64,000 bases of DNA from the human T2T-CHM13v2.0 reference genome, Homo sapiens, in the NCBI RefSeq assembly GCF_009914755.1, contig NC_060932.1; one strand, written 5' to 3'. Every line of letters starts with the position of its first letter. Within the stretch, counting starts at the first letter, position 1. The notes beneath the pieces were generated by a model. The model searched no databases. It had not been told where the DNA came from and was given only the letters and a program-made list of their open reading frames with translations. Below, one piece after another: positions 29,210 to 42,734 of this stretch. The translations under genes were made by a program, and so were the position numbers.

Positions 29210-29390
29210 ATAAGCCACCATTTATTCAGATCTCCACACATGTGACAATCCTTGCCTAGGTGCCTTGTAGTTTTTACAAAAAACCCATCTAACAGATGAG
29301 GAAACTTAACCTCATAGAGGTGAAGTGACTTGCCCAGGGTCACACAGCTATGAAGTTATTGAGTGGGGTCTTCTTTGTTCCAAAGCTCTT
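29210..29390 (-). mobile_element. MIR
   Basis: acagatgaggaaactt...gaagtgacttgcccagggtcacacagcta. Confidence 0.8.
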
Positions 29391-29799
29391 GTCATTTTGT
29401 TAAATCACCGGAAAGAAATTGGGGATGAGGAAAGAGTAGAAAAGCCTCAGGGAAAGTTGACGGTGATGATGGTGGTAGAGGTGGTGGTGGTGCGATTCAT
29501 CAGTGGGAAATTGCTGTTCATCCTGATAGTGGTGGTATCATTAACTATCCATTTTCAGAAAAGGATCTGACAACCACTTAATAGGTACATATTCAACTCT
29601 GTTTAAAGAAATGAAAAAAAGGAGTGAAGTTTGCATGCCTAAATTTCCAAAGTCAGAGGCAGAACTAAGCCTAGTTCCCCCACTTCTAATTGTCTTCCCG
29701 TCTCCCCTTCATCCATCACAAGCTCCACATTTTAGGATTATTTTGCTTCAAGTCCAAATAGGAGCTAGTGATCCTAATATGTCTCGGCCACAGAAAAAC

Positions 29800-29980
29800 A
29801 CTAGCAGCTGATACTTATTAAGCACTCTTTGTGACCAGAATTGCTCTAAGCACTTACCTGTGTTAACTCATTAAAGCTTCACAATAATCCTCTGAGATAG
29901 ATTCCATTATCATAACCATTTAATAGATAGGGAAACTGAGGTGCAGAGATGCTAAGCCAGTTGCTGAGGTCACTCTGCTG
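29800..29980 (-). mobile_element. MIR
   Basis: cacaataatcctctgagatag...tagatagggaaactgaggtgcagag. Confidence 0.8.
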
Positions 29981-31273
29981 GAGAGTGGCGTGCTGGGATG
30001 CATGCCCAGGCAGGCCAGCCCCCAAGTCTGCCCTTCCCCACTTCACCTGTGGGCTCCTGCTGTTATTCAGCAGAACCCACTCCCGGCCTTGTTCTTCTGG
30101 TTGTAGCAGTGGTTTTGCACAGACTTGCCCAATACTCACTCACTGGAGCTTCTCACAACTTTTAGAAGTCCTGGTCTAGGGTTAGGGATTCAGTCAACAG
30201 CCATGGAACACCTATGCAGCAAATGTGTATTAAATCCCTCCTGGCCCAAGGCACTGAGCTGGACACTGTAAATCCAAGGCCTCATACAGGTACTCGTGAA
30301 ATTCCAAGTTTCCTGAGGGCTGGAATGCATTTTCTATTTTTTTTCTAATCTCCCTCCTCAGAGCTACAACCCCCTCTAACTCCTACAAAGATCCTCTTAC
30401 ACCCTCTCTAGCTCTCCCACTTAATTTTTCTTCACAGCACTGGGAACATTTCCTCTCCCAGACATGTATTTTATCTGCCTTTCTTCCCCACTCCTACTCA
30501 GTCAGAGCAGGGCTTTGTTCTCAACACAGATCCTGCGTGGCTCATAGTAGGTGCTCAATAAATGCATATTAGTGGTCGAAGCTCAGACCTCATACTATCT
30601 TTTCAGTTGGAGCCAAACGGGATTGATTTACAATTGCACAAAAAGAGAAATATTTTAAATAACAAGCCCTTTGAGGCAATAGAAAAAGGTGTATCCATTG
30701 ATGGCTACACTCAATACACCCCCTTTCCCAGATCTTTACCCCAAAGAGAAATGCCGTCATGAGTTTTTTGCTGCATTTGTCTTACCTGAGTCTAAGGGTA
30801 TTGTGTCTTACCCTCCTCCTAACCCAATTCCACAGTCACACCTCACATCTCACTTGCTGATCTCCTGTCTTACATGGAAAATCAATGTATTTCAAGTAGG
30901 AAACAACTAATACAGAGAGGTTTCACCTGAGGTGGAAATTATGCAGGCAGTTTAATGCAAATTGGAGGGAAAAGCCAAAAATAAAGTGGTGTTAGCTAAT
31001 ACAAGCATGCTCATAATCTCATGCTACTGCTTTCCTCACTGGCTTTGTAGCAAGGTGGGCTGTGTGCAGAGCCCAGTTAAAACTCACATTATGTTGAGTT
31101 TAGGCGTTTTGGGAAAGGATGTAAATGGAAAGATGAACTGCTCACATTTATCCTGATTTTCAGCAGAGGCATTAATTTTTTTGTAGCTTTCATTTTATCA
31201 CGCTTCTCCCTCTATTAATACTCCCCATCCCCAACCTATATAGGGCACTCTGGGAACAGGAGGATGATAATGG

Positions 31274-31693
31274 TGGCTTAGTCCATTTTGTGTTGCTATA
31301 AAGGAGTATCTGAGGTTAGGTAATTTATAAAGAAAAGAGGTTTATTTGCTCACAGTTCTGCAGGCTGTACAAGAAGCGTGGTGCCAGCATCTGCTTCTGG
31401 TGTGGACCTCAGGCTACTTACACTCATGGTGAAGGCCAAGGGAAGACTCATGTTGTGGGCAGAGATCACATGGTGAGGGAGAAAGCAAGAGAGTCAGGGA
31501 GATGCCAGGTTCTGTTTAACAACCAGCTTTTTGAGAATTAATAGAGTGAGACTCGCCCACGAGGGAGGACATTAATCTATTTATGAAAGATCTGACCCCA
31601 TGACCCAAACACCTCCCCCTAGGCCCCTCCTCCAACCCCAGGGATCAGATTTCAACATGAGGTTTGGAGGGGTCAAATATCTAAACCATGGCA
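31274..31693 (-). mobile_element. MSTB-type MaLR solo LTR
   Basis: cttagtccattttgtgttgctataaagg...atttcaacatgaggtttggaggggtcaaatatctaaaccatggca; 5-bp TSD aatgg (31269-31273, 31694-31698). Confidence 0.93.
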
Positions 31694-32444
31694 AATGGAA
31701 ACCAGTTTCTAGTTGCAGTGACTTCTGCTCCTCACACGTGGGTTCTGATATCTGAGGCTCAGTGACATTCAATATACGTTGGCCCTTAATTTTGTCCTGG
31801 TGCTAGATTTAAGATGGTTGTTTTCCAAAGTTCATAAATGGGAGTTGGTGGGGCTGTCAATGAGGTCACATAGTACCACTGAGTATGCTCAAGCATGTGA
31901 GCATTTGCTAACTATATTATTCCTCCTCCAGGAAGCAGCAGGATTGCCATCCATTCCTGAACAAGAAGCTGTGAGATTCAAATGCAAAGCCATGTATGTC
32001 TGCCTTACAGAGCTTGCACTTACCATTAGTAGCACTCTCCTGGCACACTGCAGTTGCTTTGCCATAATATCCTGCTTCCCATGTGTTGCATATCAATTTT
32101 GTGTGGCGTGGGCAGATACTTTTTATTCTCATGGTAATATATTCTCAGGAGTATGAAGAAAAAATATAATTAGCTGATACCCAATAAATACAACTATGAT
32201 TTATTGGGTATTGTTGCTTAGAAATACGTTAGAATTTACAAAGTGATTTGATTTTTTTAAATTATTAAGCAAAGAGTAATACACGTGGTATTTGTCTAGA
32301 GCGCAACTCATAATGGTGCTGTATAAATGATGGAAGTTGAAGAAATCATGCTAGAATGTGAGAATTTTTAGTTAACTTTTTAAAAACCACTATGCATATG
32401 GTCTGTCTACCACTACCCAACCTACCTCCCCTGCTTCTGGAAGA

Positions 32445-32622
32445 AAATGTCATTGTGCATCTGGATCACCTGGGGGTGTCCTAAAAATGCAGATCCCTCC
32501 TACTCTCCCCAAGAGAATCTGCTTCAGTGGTTTTGAGGTGAGGCCCAGAAATCTGCATTTTAATAAGCTCCCAAGCTGGGTTTCTAGGAGGAGGTTCTAA
32601 GACCTTACTTCTCAAAGCACTG
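32445..32622. mobile_element. MER5 (hAT-Charlie)
   Basis: atcacctgggg...aaaatgcagat...ggcccagaaatctgcattttaataagctccc. Confidence 0.8.
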
Positions 32623-32800
32623 TTTCAGAATGTGCTCCCAAACTAAGATGGTTCTTTGGCATGGAATGCTCACTTTCATTTTTCCCCTGGTGATCTTTGT
32701 TCTCTGGGAATCAAATCTCATAAAACCTAATTTAATTGTTGGGCAATGCTTCCTCTTTAAAACCACTTGTACGTGCAGATCTGGGGGCTGCTTGGCCAAT

Positions 32801-33030
32801 CCAGATCTCTCAGCCTCAACATTACTGACATTTGGGGCCGGTTAGTTCTTTGTCATGATAGATTATCCTTGCATTGTACAATGTTTAGAAGTGTCCCTGG
32901 CCTCCACCTCCTAGATACTAGTAGCACTCATATCCCAACCCCCATCTTGTGACAATCAAAAATATCTCCAGACATTGCCAAATATCCCTTGTAAGGGGGA
33001 AAAAAAATCACCCAACATTGAGAACCACTA
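32801..33030 (-). mobile_element. MER20
   Basis: ctgacatttggggccgg...gtgacaatcaaaaatatctccagacattgccaaatatccc...ttgagaaccact. Confidence 0.9.
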
Positions 33031-33489
33031 GGCTAAGCTGGATTAACTTTGAAAACTCAAGTCTCCAGATGTGAAAAATATGCTCCAGTAGAAATTATTC
33101 ATAGCACTGTAGCCCTTGAATTTGTATTCTGCCTTTTTTTCAGAAGCCCCAGTCCTATGCTACGTGAAAAAAAAAAAGAATGTTTTATGAAGTTAGTAAA
33201 ACAGAATAAGTAGCCTGCAGCCTAGCATAAACCTACTTTAGATGAGCTTGCACATTTGTCTTCATGGAATCGGAAAGTAACTGGAACAGATCAGGTGGCT
33301 AATGGGTCCTCCTCCTAGGGGACCATTCAACTGAACCAACATGTATTACAGCCTTACTCTGTGCTAGGTACTGCAGAAGCTGTTGAGGATACAAAAATGA
33401 GTAAGATTGAGTCTTCTCCCTCAAGAGGCTGAGATCTATTAGAAAAAGTCAGGCAAGTGCCCCAAAAGAGACAGCATGACATAATGGTT

Positions 33490-33930
33490 TTTAGTGACAT
33501 TGCCTGGGTTCAAATCCTGGGTTCAAAAACAGCTGTGTGACTTTGAGCAAGTTGCATGACCTCTCTGTGCCTGTTTCCTCAGCTGTACATTGGGGATGGA
33601 AATAGTACCTACCTCAAGGAGTTGCTTGGAGAGTTGTACAAATTTATATACATAAGGACCTGAGGACAATGACTGGCACATAGAAAGGGCTATCTTACAA
33701 AGTCCAGTGCTGAAAATCAGACCTTGAGTCAGGAGACTTGGGTTCAAATCCCAGCTCTGCCTCTTCTGAGCTTGGGTAAGCAATGTAATCTCTTTGAGCT
33801 TCAAGTCCTTCATCCATGAGATGGGATGATCATAGTATTTACCCCATAGGATGATAAAATGAGATGATCTAGGAAATGCCTAGCCCAGTCTGATACATAG
33901 TACTGAATAATGTTTAATTATTGTTATTGC
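33490..33930 (+). mobile_element. Two tandem MIRs
   Basis: Two copies of tgggttcaaatcc...cctc/ctct...catc...atgggat core. Confidence 0.85.
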
Positions 33931-35032
33931 TATTGTAAATAGCTTTATGCCAACCAACCAAACTCATACCAGAGGCCTGTCTATTTGAAATGAAAAACAA
34001 GTCTGCCATGAGCCCAAACAGTTGCATCTTTGGGTCAGTTCCCTAACTGTACAGAGATGGTAATGGGAAGCTGGATTCCCAAGGCCTCCTGGGTGAGCAC
34101 AGAATCCACTCGGGAGCTGGTGAGACTCATGTGCACAGGGCCTCAAACTGGGCATCCATTACCAGAGTGGGGCTCTTTCCATCTCTAGGACCCATGGGCC
34201 TTTCCCCAAGTCAGGACACTCCTCCTAGCTGGGTGACTGCTTCTCCTAGTCCTCTTCTAAACTTATTCCTTTTTTAGATATATTTATAACTTTGATTAGA
34301 TTCTCCAAATTCTGCCTACTCTCCTGCTTCTTTCTTACTGGTGTTTAAGATAACTTTGCCCATAGCTAATCTTATCTTCTTGGCACTGGATTTCTGTTTA
34401 ATTCTCAGAGTTCTGCCAAGAGATTCACACTGACAGGCAGGGGCCTTTAGTTATTCTTTCCAAAAGAGTATTTATCAGGTGCTCCTGTATGCTGTGAGAC
34501 AAAGAAGTATCAAGCATGACCCAGTCCTTTAATGAGTTTAAAATAAATCTAACTGACCTTCAGTAATTACCAGTAAAAGGACCAAATCCTGAACTGGGTG
34601 TCCATTTCAGCTGGAAGGTATTATTGGAGAACGTGGGCATTGAGAAATGGGTCTTGTGTGCAGGGATGGAGTGAGCGGGGAGCAGACATGTCAGGCAGAA
34701 AATAAGCATCTGCCTACAAATGAAAGGGACCTCTGGGTGAAAAGAACACAGAGGCTAGAACTCTGAAGTGTCCATTGCTAGGCTAACAAGTTTGGGCTTT
34801 GGTCTACAGACAGTGTAGATTCATAAAAGACTTTGAAAGGGGAGTGGCGTGTTGTTCTGGTATCTCCTGATGTTGGCTTTCCTCCAAGACTAGAAAGATG
34901 AAACTGGTGTTGACACGGGGCAGGTAGATAGATGTATACAGGGATAGAGAGAAAATGGGAATGGTTAGAAATGGGGCTTCAGTAGGACTGGAAAGAGAGG
35001 GGAATGAATATTGCTAATATTGATGAACCACC

Positions 35033-36735
35033 ACTTCCAAGAAAATGGAGTAAACACATTTTCTCTATTTCTCCCACTGAGTACAACTAAAAACCTTGGG
35101 CATTATTTATAAAACAAGCATAAGACCCTGAAAAGTGGAAGGAAGAAGGCAGACTAACTAGGGACCTCATAGCCCCAGGAATGACGTGGTGGTGAGTTCT
35201 CTGGGTTTTTGTTTCTTTTCTTTGTTTGGCTTGGTTCGTTTTGCCTTATATATCCTAGACTTAGAGCTGAAGAGGCCATCAACCACAAATGCTAAGGGGC
35301 CCAGAACCCTCCCAACAAAAGCCCCCCCAAAAAAGTCTGCTGTCTCTAGCCAAAGAATCAGGAAAGGGGCAGCCTGGCAAAGCCAAAAACTTTTAGACAG
35401 TAACTGCTCTGCTGTAGCCAAAGGTCACAGAAAAAACTGTGGTCCAGCCCCTGCTCCACCAGCAAAAGCCAAATGCAGAGCCTAGAATTCCACCCTCACC
35501 ACGTTATAGCAAGCCTCCCCAGTCTCCCCCTTCTTTACAGCAGGGTGGTGTCAGAGAAGGCCAAGTGGGGAGTAGACTTTCATGACCCCACGAAATGGTA
35601 ACCTGGCCTTATCCACTCCCTTAGTGTCAGTTAAGATCGTGTGGGAGCCGTAGCAAGACACTCCTGACTCCTCCCAGTCAGAGAGAGGTATCAATGGAGG
35701 CCTTGTCAGGAGCTGGAACTCCCATCACTGCACAGTAATGAGAAGGCTCCCCCTCAAGTGTCAAGGCCAAATGGAGAACCTGGACCCCTACTTAGTAATA
35801 ATGAGGTGGCATAAACCCCCTACCCATGTTGGAGCAGTGTCAGAGAAAGCTAGCTAAAACAGAAAGTTTAGATAAGATCCAAAATCTTATAACCAGGTTT
35901 CAGTTTTCAAAATCACTCATACCAAGAACAAGGAAGATCTCAAAATGAACGATTAAAGACAATAGATGATAAAACTGAGATGCTACAGAAGTTAAAATTT
36001 TACAGATTATAAAGCAGCCATCATAAAAATGTTTCAATAAGCAAATATAAACATGCTTCAAACAATAAAAAATAGAAATTCTCAGCAAATAAACGACATA
36101 ACCATATGGAAATTTTAGAATTGAAAAATACAGTAACTGAAATTAAAAACTCACTGGATGACCTCAACATCAGAGCCAGTGGGCCAGAGGAAAGAATCAG
36201 TGAACTTCAAGATAGAATATTAGAAATAACCCAGTCTGAACAACAGAGAGAAAATAGACTGGAAAAACAAGAACCACTCGAAGAAATAATGGCTTAAAAC
36301 TTTCCAAATTTGCCATAAACCTACAGATTCAAGAAGCTGGGTGAACCCCATACAGGATGAATCCAAATAAATTTACAATAAGACACATCATACTCAAATG
36401 TTTGAAAACCAAAGACAGCCTTTAAAATCACTGAGACAGAAACAGCCACTAATGAGAAATGCAGTATGCACAGCACCAGATTTCTAATCAGAAACCATGA
36501 AGGCCAGAAGGAAATGGCACAACATTTTTTTTAAAAACTGTCAACCCAGAATCCTATATCCATCAAAAACTATATTTCAGGAATGAAGGGGTAGTCAAGA
36601 CATTATCAGATGAAGCAAAGCTAAGAGGATTTTTAGCCAACAGCTCTGCTATAAAACAATGGCTAAGAAAATTCTCTAAACAGAAAGGAAATGATAGAAG
36701 GATTCTTAGAACATCAGGAAGGAAAGAAGAATATG
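35033..36735 (+). mobile_element. Old L1M 5'UTR plus ORF1 remnant
   Basis: ORF 36106-36297 MEILELKNTVTEIKNSLDDLNIR...EERISELQDR is the L1 ORF1p coiled coil; downstream aactgtcaacccagaatcctatatcc is ORF1 C-terminal sequence. Confidence 0.85.
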
Positions 36736-36937
36736 AGGCTGTTTCCTATTCTGTTGCCAAAACAAAAGCAGAGGATGAGAATTTTGAAAAAGGAAAACAG
36801 TCTGAGTCTCAAGAAGCCTATGAGAAGGAAGAGAGGAATGACTTGGTCATGCCCATGACAGAAAAGTGGCTTAGGGATGTAATGAGAGAATACAATATGT
36901 AGATGATACACTAGAATTCTTGTCCTTTGAATTAGTA

Positions 36938-37015
36938 TTGGGTTGGCGCAAACATGATTGTATTTTTGCCATTGAAAGTAAGGCAAAAACTGCGATTGCT
37001 TTTGCACTAACCTAA
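36938..37015. mobile_element. Full-length MADE1 (Hsmar1 MITE)
   Basis: 78-bp imperfect palindrome ttgggttggcgcaaa...tttgcactaacctaa with TA on both sides. Confidence 0.92.
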
Positions 37016-37449
37016 TAGAATAAAATCATTTGAGCTAGAACAGAAATGCTAGGCCACCCAGCTTCCTCCCTTTTTTATATCAAGCTACATTTGCACAGCT
37101 TCTCTTAGATAGTTTTATTTACTTTATGCCATGTAGTTTCCTGCAAGAACAGAGCCTCAATTAGGGAATGAGTTAGAAAATGTGGAAAAGTAATATCAAT
37201 CAGTTCAAAAGTACCTATCTAAACCCAATTTCAATATTGGATTAAGCAATTATTATAAACCCCAAACTATGGAAAATAATTTGTTTTCATAATGGTCAAA
37301 GATTGAGACATACTTAACTCTAATAGCTATTTTTTTGAAATGAATATTTGCTATAGAAATTGAATTGAGGCTGTCAATTAAACAAAACTATAAAATAAGG
37401 CTAAAAGTAATAGCTGATGTTTATGAGAGTTTACATCTCAAGGATCTAT

Positions 37450-37800
37450 TACATTTAAAATGACATTTGGTACGAATCTATGAGAAATCGGAGATAACCT
37501 GTGAGTCCATCAGTAGGGGAATGGCTTATGCTACATTGAGACAATGAAATCTGTTCAAGAGGATAAGCAACTCTGTATGTGTTGATGGGGAATCGTAGCT
37601 GCGACACATGGTTGAGTGAATAAAGCAAGTCATGAATAATGCATCTAGTGCCATCCCTTTGTGAAAAATAAACTGCATATGTAGGTGTGTTTATGCATGG
37701 GAAAAGCTTATACATTAAACTGTTAAAAGCAGTTACTTCTGGGGATTGGAAATAGAGAAGCAGAGATGGGAGATACTTTTACTTTAAACACTTCTGTATC
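37450..37800 (+). mobile_element. Old L1M(E) 3' fragment
   Basis: ccatcagtaggggaatggc...ttgagtgaataaagcaagt...tatacattaaactgttaa...gttacttctgggga. Confidence 0.6.
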
Positions 37801-37811
37801 ACATAATTTCC

Positions 37812-38115
37812 TTTTTTTTTTTTTTTTTTTTTTGAGACAGAGTCTTGCTCTGTCACCCAGGCTGGAGTACAGTAGGGCTATCTCAGCTCACTGCAACTTC
37901 CTCCTCCAGGGTTTAAGTGATTCTACTGCCTCAGCCTCCTGAGTAGCTGGGATTACAGGCGCACACCACCACGCCCGGCTAATTTTTGTATTTTTAGTAG
38001 AGACAGGGTTTCACCATGTTGGCCAGGCTGGTCTTGAACTCCTCACCTCAAGTGATCTGCCCACCTCAGCCTCCCAAAGTGCTGGGATTACAGGCATGAG
38101 CCGCCATACTCGGCT
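37812..38115 (-). mobile_element. AluS
   Basis: Poly-T plus full Alu reverse complement. Confidence 0.96.
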
Positions 38116-38260
38116 ATAATTTTCATAAAAGTCATATGCAGCTTGTGAAATTAAAAAATTTAAGTGGTTTCGACTTAAAGGTGACAGAGCAGAAAGGCCT
38201 ATTCGATCGCAGTGGTCAATCATCAAGTTGCATAAACCCACCTGAGCCTTAGTTTCCTCA

Positions 38261-38723
38261 TGTGAACCTAGAAAATCTGAGTTCTGTTAATTTAGAAAGT
38301 TAATTTTGCCAAGGTTGAGGCAAAACTTTCCTCAACCTTTTGACAGCCTCAGGAAGTCCTGATGACATGTGCCTAAGGTGGTTGGGGCACAGCTTGATTT
38401 TATACATTTTAGGGAGACATGAGACATCAATCAGCATATGTAAGAAGTACATTGGTTCGGTCTAGAAAGGCGGGACATCTTGAAGCAAGGGCAGGAAGAC
38501 TCCAAGCGGGAGGGAGCATCCAGGCCACAGATAGGTGAGACACAAATGGTTACATCCTTTTGAGTCTCTGATTAGCCTTTCCAAAGGAGGCAATCAGATA
38601 TGCATCTATCTCAGTGAGCGGAGGGGTGACTTTGAATAGAATGGGAGGCAGGTTTGCCCTAAGCAGTTTCCAGCTTGAGTTTTCCTTAGTGATTTGGGGG
38701 GCCCAAAATATTTTCCCTTCACA
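38261..38723 (-). mobile_element. MER4A1-type ERV1 solo LTR
   Basis: TG...CA termini (tgtgaacc.../...cccttcaca); internal tttagggagacatgagacatcaatca and caaaggaggcaatcagatatgcat; 4-bp TSD ctca/ttca. Confidence 0.92.
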
Positions 38724-39341
38724 TTCAAAATGAGAAACCTCCCAGAGGTATTGGACAAATGAAACTGGTAAAGCTGCTTCCAAAGTGCCCAATCAGCATG
38801 AAGTCAGTGCTGCCCTAGCCTCTGTTTGAATGTCCAGAGCTCCTGAGTTAGGTCAGAGGATGTTTTCCCATCTATAAAATGGCTAATGACACTGCCTCAT
38901 CAGAGCATTGTGAGGATTAAATGAGATCAAAGATGCACCAAGTACCTGGATCTCTCAGAAGTGGTAGTGATATTAGTGTCTTTAGGCCACTCCCAGCCCA
39001 GCACCAGGTTCATGTTAGGCACTACAGTAGGGGTTTTTTTGTTAATCTGAACTGAACTGATTCCAATGCCTATTGCTGCATTTTCCAAATATGTGATCTC
39101 CAGACAGTTTAGAGGTTTGCCTTGGATAACATAATATAATGAGAGGGTAACCAGCAAAAGACAGAAGACCTGCGTACATCCTTGCCCTGTGCCTCTAAGT
39201 CAGTTCACAGGGCTGTGTGTTCTCCGTGGATGAAATTGGAATGACAATCCTCGCCCCGCCCAACCCAAAATCTCACAAGGCTGTTGTGAGCACAAATGGA
39301 AGGGTGAGAGTTGGAGCATTGTGTCAACTGTAAAGTCCTTG

Positions 39342-39787
<446 letters not shown>

Positions 39788-40293
39788 TGAAACTGTAACA
39801 AATATCTTTCTCATGCCCACTCAGCATCCAGGCATCAGAGACAGGCTCCACAATTAATTTTTCAGCGTACTGAAAAAACACTTGCCAGTGAACGACTGTG
39901 GCTAGGGTAAGAATGATGAAGTGAGAAGGCAAAGGGAAGACTTGCTTGCACCTTCCAAAAAAGAAGGTGGTTCTTTTTCAAAAGTAGATGTTGGCTTCGG
40001 CTCTGAGCACACTTCCCAGGCTACCTGAGCTCCATGGGCAGCTGGAAACTTGCCCTGCCCCAGGGGCTGGTGGATACATTACCTTTTCAAGTTTCCCTTG
40101 TGATTTCCTCCCTTCCATCACCACCAGTTAGTTCTAACTTGTTCTATAATTTAGAACTTCTACCAGGTTCCAGAAATCTGTGGTGAGGCACTGAGACAAT
40201 GGAGGTTAGAACTCAAACACATGGTGGCTTAAATAAAGATCATCTGATTTGGGTGTAGTAGCTAAGAAGAGTTAGCTTTGGTTTTAAAAAGTG

Positions 40294-40649
<356 letters not shown>

Positions 40650-41634
40650 TTAGAGTTTGCATCCCTGGAGGTTCCTAAAAATAGACAAAACACCCAACAC
40701 TCTTATTCACTCGCCTTGGGGCTGGACAGATAATCCCCTCCTCCTCCTCTCCCCCCCACAACCTGTTCCTCCTGATTCTCTCTCACTCAAGCAGAAACCT
40801 GGGAGGTGCCAGGGCGTGGTATTCACACTGGCTTCCACATTCACTCCAGCCTCCGGAGTGATCCTGATCTTCTGCACTCCATCCCCACTGCTGCTGTCCT
40901 GTGGGCTGCATCTCACACCTGGCCTCTTCCGGAAGTCTTGGGCTTCACTCCCTCCCATCCATCTTGCAGCCTGCAGCCAGGGCAATCCTGGAAGGCAGGG
41001 GTCTCCCCATGCTTCTTGCCCGCCTAAAACCCTGCCTTCATTGGCTGCCCCAGGAGCCCAGGTTGCCCAGTTGCCCCTCCCACCAGCTTACCTCTCACTG
41101 GAAGGGCAGCCTCTCAGAAAAGATTTGCTCTCACTTCCCTTAAACACACCATGCCCCTGAGCCTCTGCTGTTCTGTCTACTCAGACATCCTCCTTCCCTC
41201 TCTTGTCCACCCAGTAAACCTCTGCTTGCTTCTCAGAGCCCAGCTCAGGAATCTCTTCCTCCGAGAAATCAAAGTAGGGAAAAAAAAAAAATCAGAGCTG
41301 GACAAAAGACTAGAGGGACCTAGTAATAATCATAATGACTTTCTTAGATTCAGGGCACTGCCCCGGGCACATCGCATTACCTTATTCAGTCCCCACTATG
41401 ACTCTAAAAGTAGGTCTCGGCATTATCTTGGTTTTGCAGATGAGGACACAGGACTTGAGAGTTCAGTGACATGCCCCAAAACACAGCCAATTCATTGTAG
41501 AATTGTGATGGAAGCTTAAGTTCACCTGATGGAGGTTTGCATTTTTGTCAGCTGCAACATCCTGCTGGCTAATGCAGTGTTTCTCAAACTGCCAGTCATG
41601 ATGTATCCGTGAGTTGTGAAATCGGTTTAGCAGG

Positions 41635-42126
41635 CAGGGCTGGCTGCATGATGTGTGGGGCTCAGTGCAAAATGAAGATGCAGGACCCCTGTTCAAAAGG
41701 CAGGCAAAAGGCTTCTTCCTTTCTTTGGCAGTCTCTCAGCTTGTTGTGGCATTTTTTATGCGTACTTTAATGTCATACTCCCTCAGGCACGGGGTTACTG
41801 GTGGGGCAGTACGGACCAACCCTCACCCTGGAGGCTTGCCCAATCGAGACCCTTCCCCAGCCAGTGTGCAGGCCCCTGCTGGGGGGTGGGGGGTGGGGGG
41901 TGAGGAATACAGCCACTGACACTAACCAGGGGCAAGGGAATGGGATCAGTGGCCCAGAACCCAGGAAGTGGGGCCATGCATCCCGTCAAGACCTCACTTA
42001 CGAATCACAAATTCAAACAAAAAACGATTAAGAATTTCAAGATGGTGACCACAAAGCATTAAACCCCAGGCATGGGGCCCCTTCCAGAACATCACTCCTG
42101 CCCACTGTATCGGCTACATGTTCCTG
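41635..42126 (-). mobile_element. MER45-family hAT-Tip100 element
   Basis: cagtgcaaaatgaagatgcaggacccctgttcaaaa at one end, ttaagaatttcaagatggtgac..caaagcattaaacc...ggggcccctt at the other. Confidence 0.8.
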
Positions 42127-42734
42127 TTATAAGTCATGACAAGAAGTGGTTTCAAACTGGAATAGAAAACAATAGGAGGTGTTGTAATACACCCTGCATA
42201 GTGAAAGCAAGTATGACTTTGTCCACTTGGGGGTTTGTACATCGGTCTACACACACGCAGGATGGCCTCATAAAACATACTTCTCACTGTGGGTCTCAGA
42301 AACCTCTGAAAACCAGCAGGGCAGCCCCGTAGTCCTGTTGGGCCACTGGTAGGATCTCTGCCACTTTATAGCTGTTCGCCTTCCCTGGTGGTTCCCGGGG
42401 GTGGAAGGGGGCTTTGCCAAGATGAGGGTGGGGGTGGGAGTGAAAGTGAAGTGGGTGGAGTTGCGTGGGGCCAGCAGGCAGCCTCCTGTCTTCTCAGCCC
42501 CTCCCTGTCCTGCAGAGGCCTTCACACCCTCTTCCCCCATCATCAAGTGTGCCTGCCCCCTGCTTCCCCTTCTCTCCTCCCCTCTACTTTCCACCTGGGG
42601 CCGGGGCAGGAGGGGAGACTGCTCTACAAAGAGAGGCACAGAGACCCTGGTTTCATGGGAAGGGAAGAGCTGCCACCAGCCAGAGTGGAAGCATAAAGGG
42701 AAGAGACAAAGAAATATTAGTGGGACTATTTTCC

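Noticed and set aside
36106-36297. Coiled-coil ORF
   Set aside because: Degenerate L1 ORF1p remnant with downstream stops and deletions; not an intact gene.
41881-41905. G6-T-G6-T-G6 potential G-quadruplex
   Set aside because: Lies inside the MER45 element; such tracts are common and there is no evidence of function.
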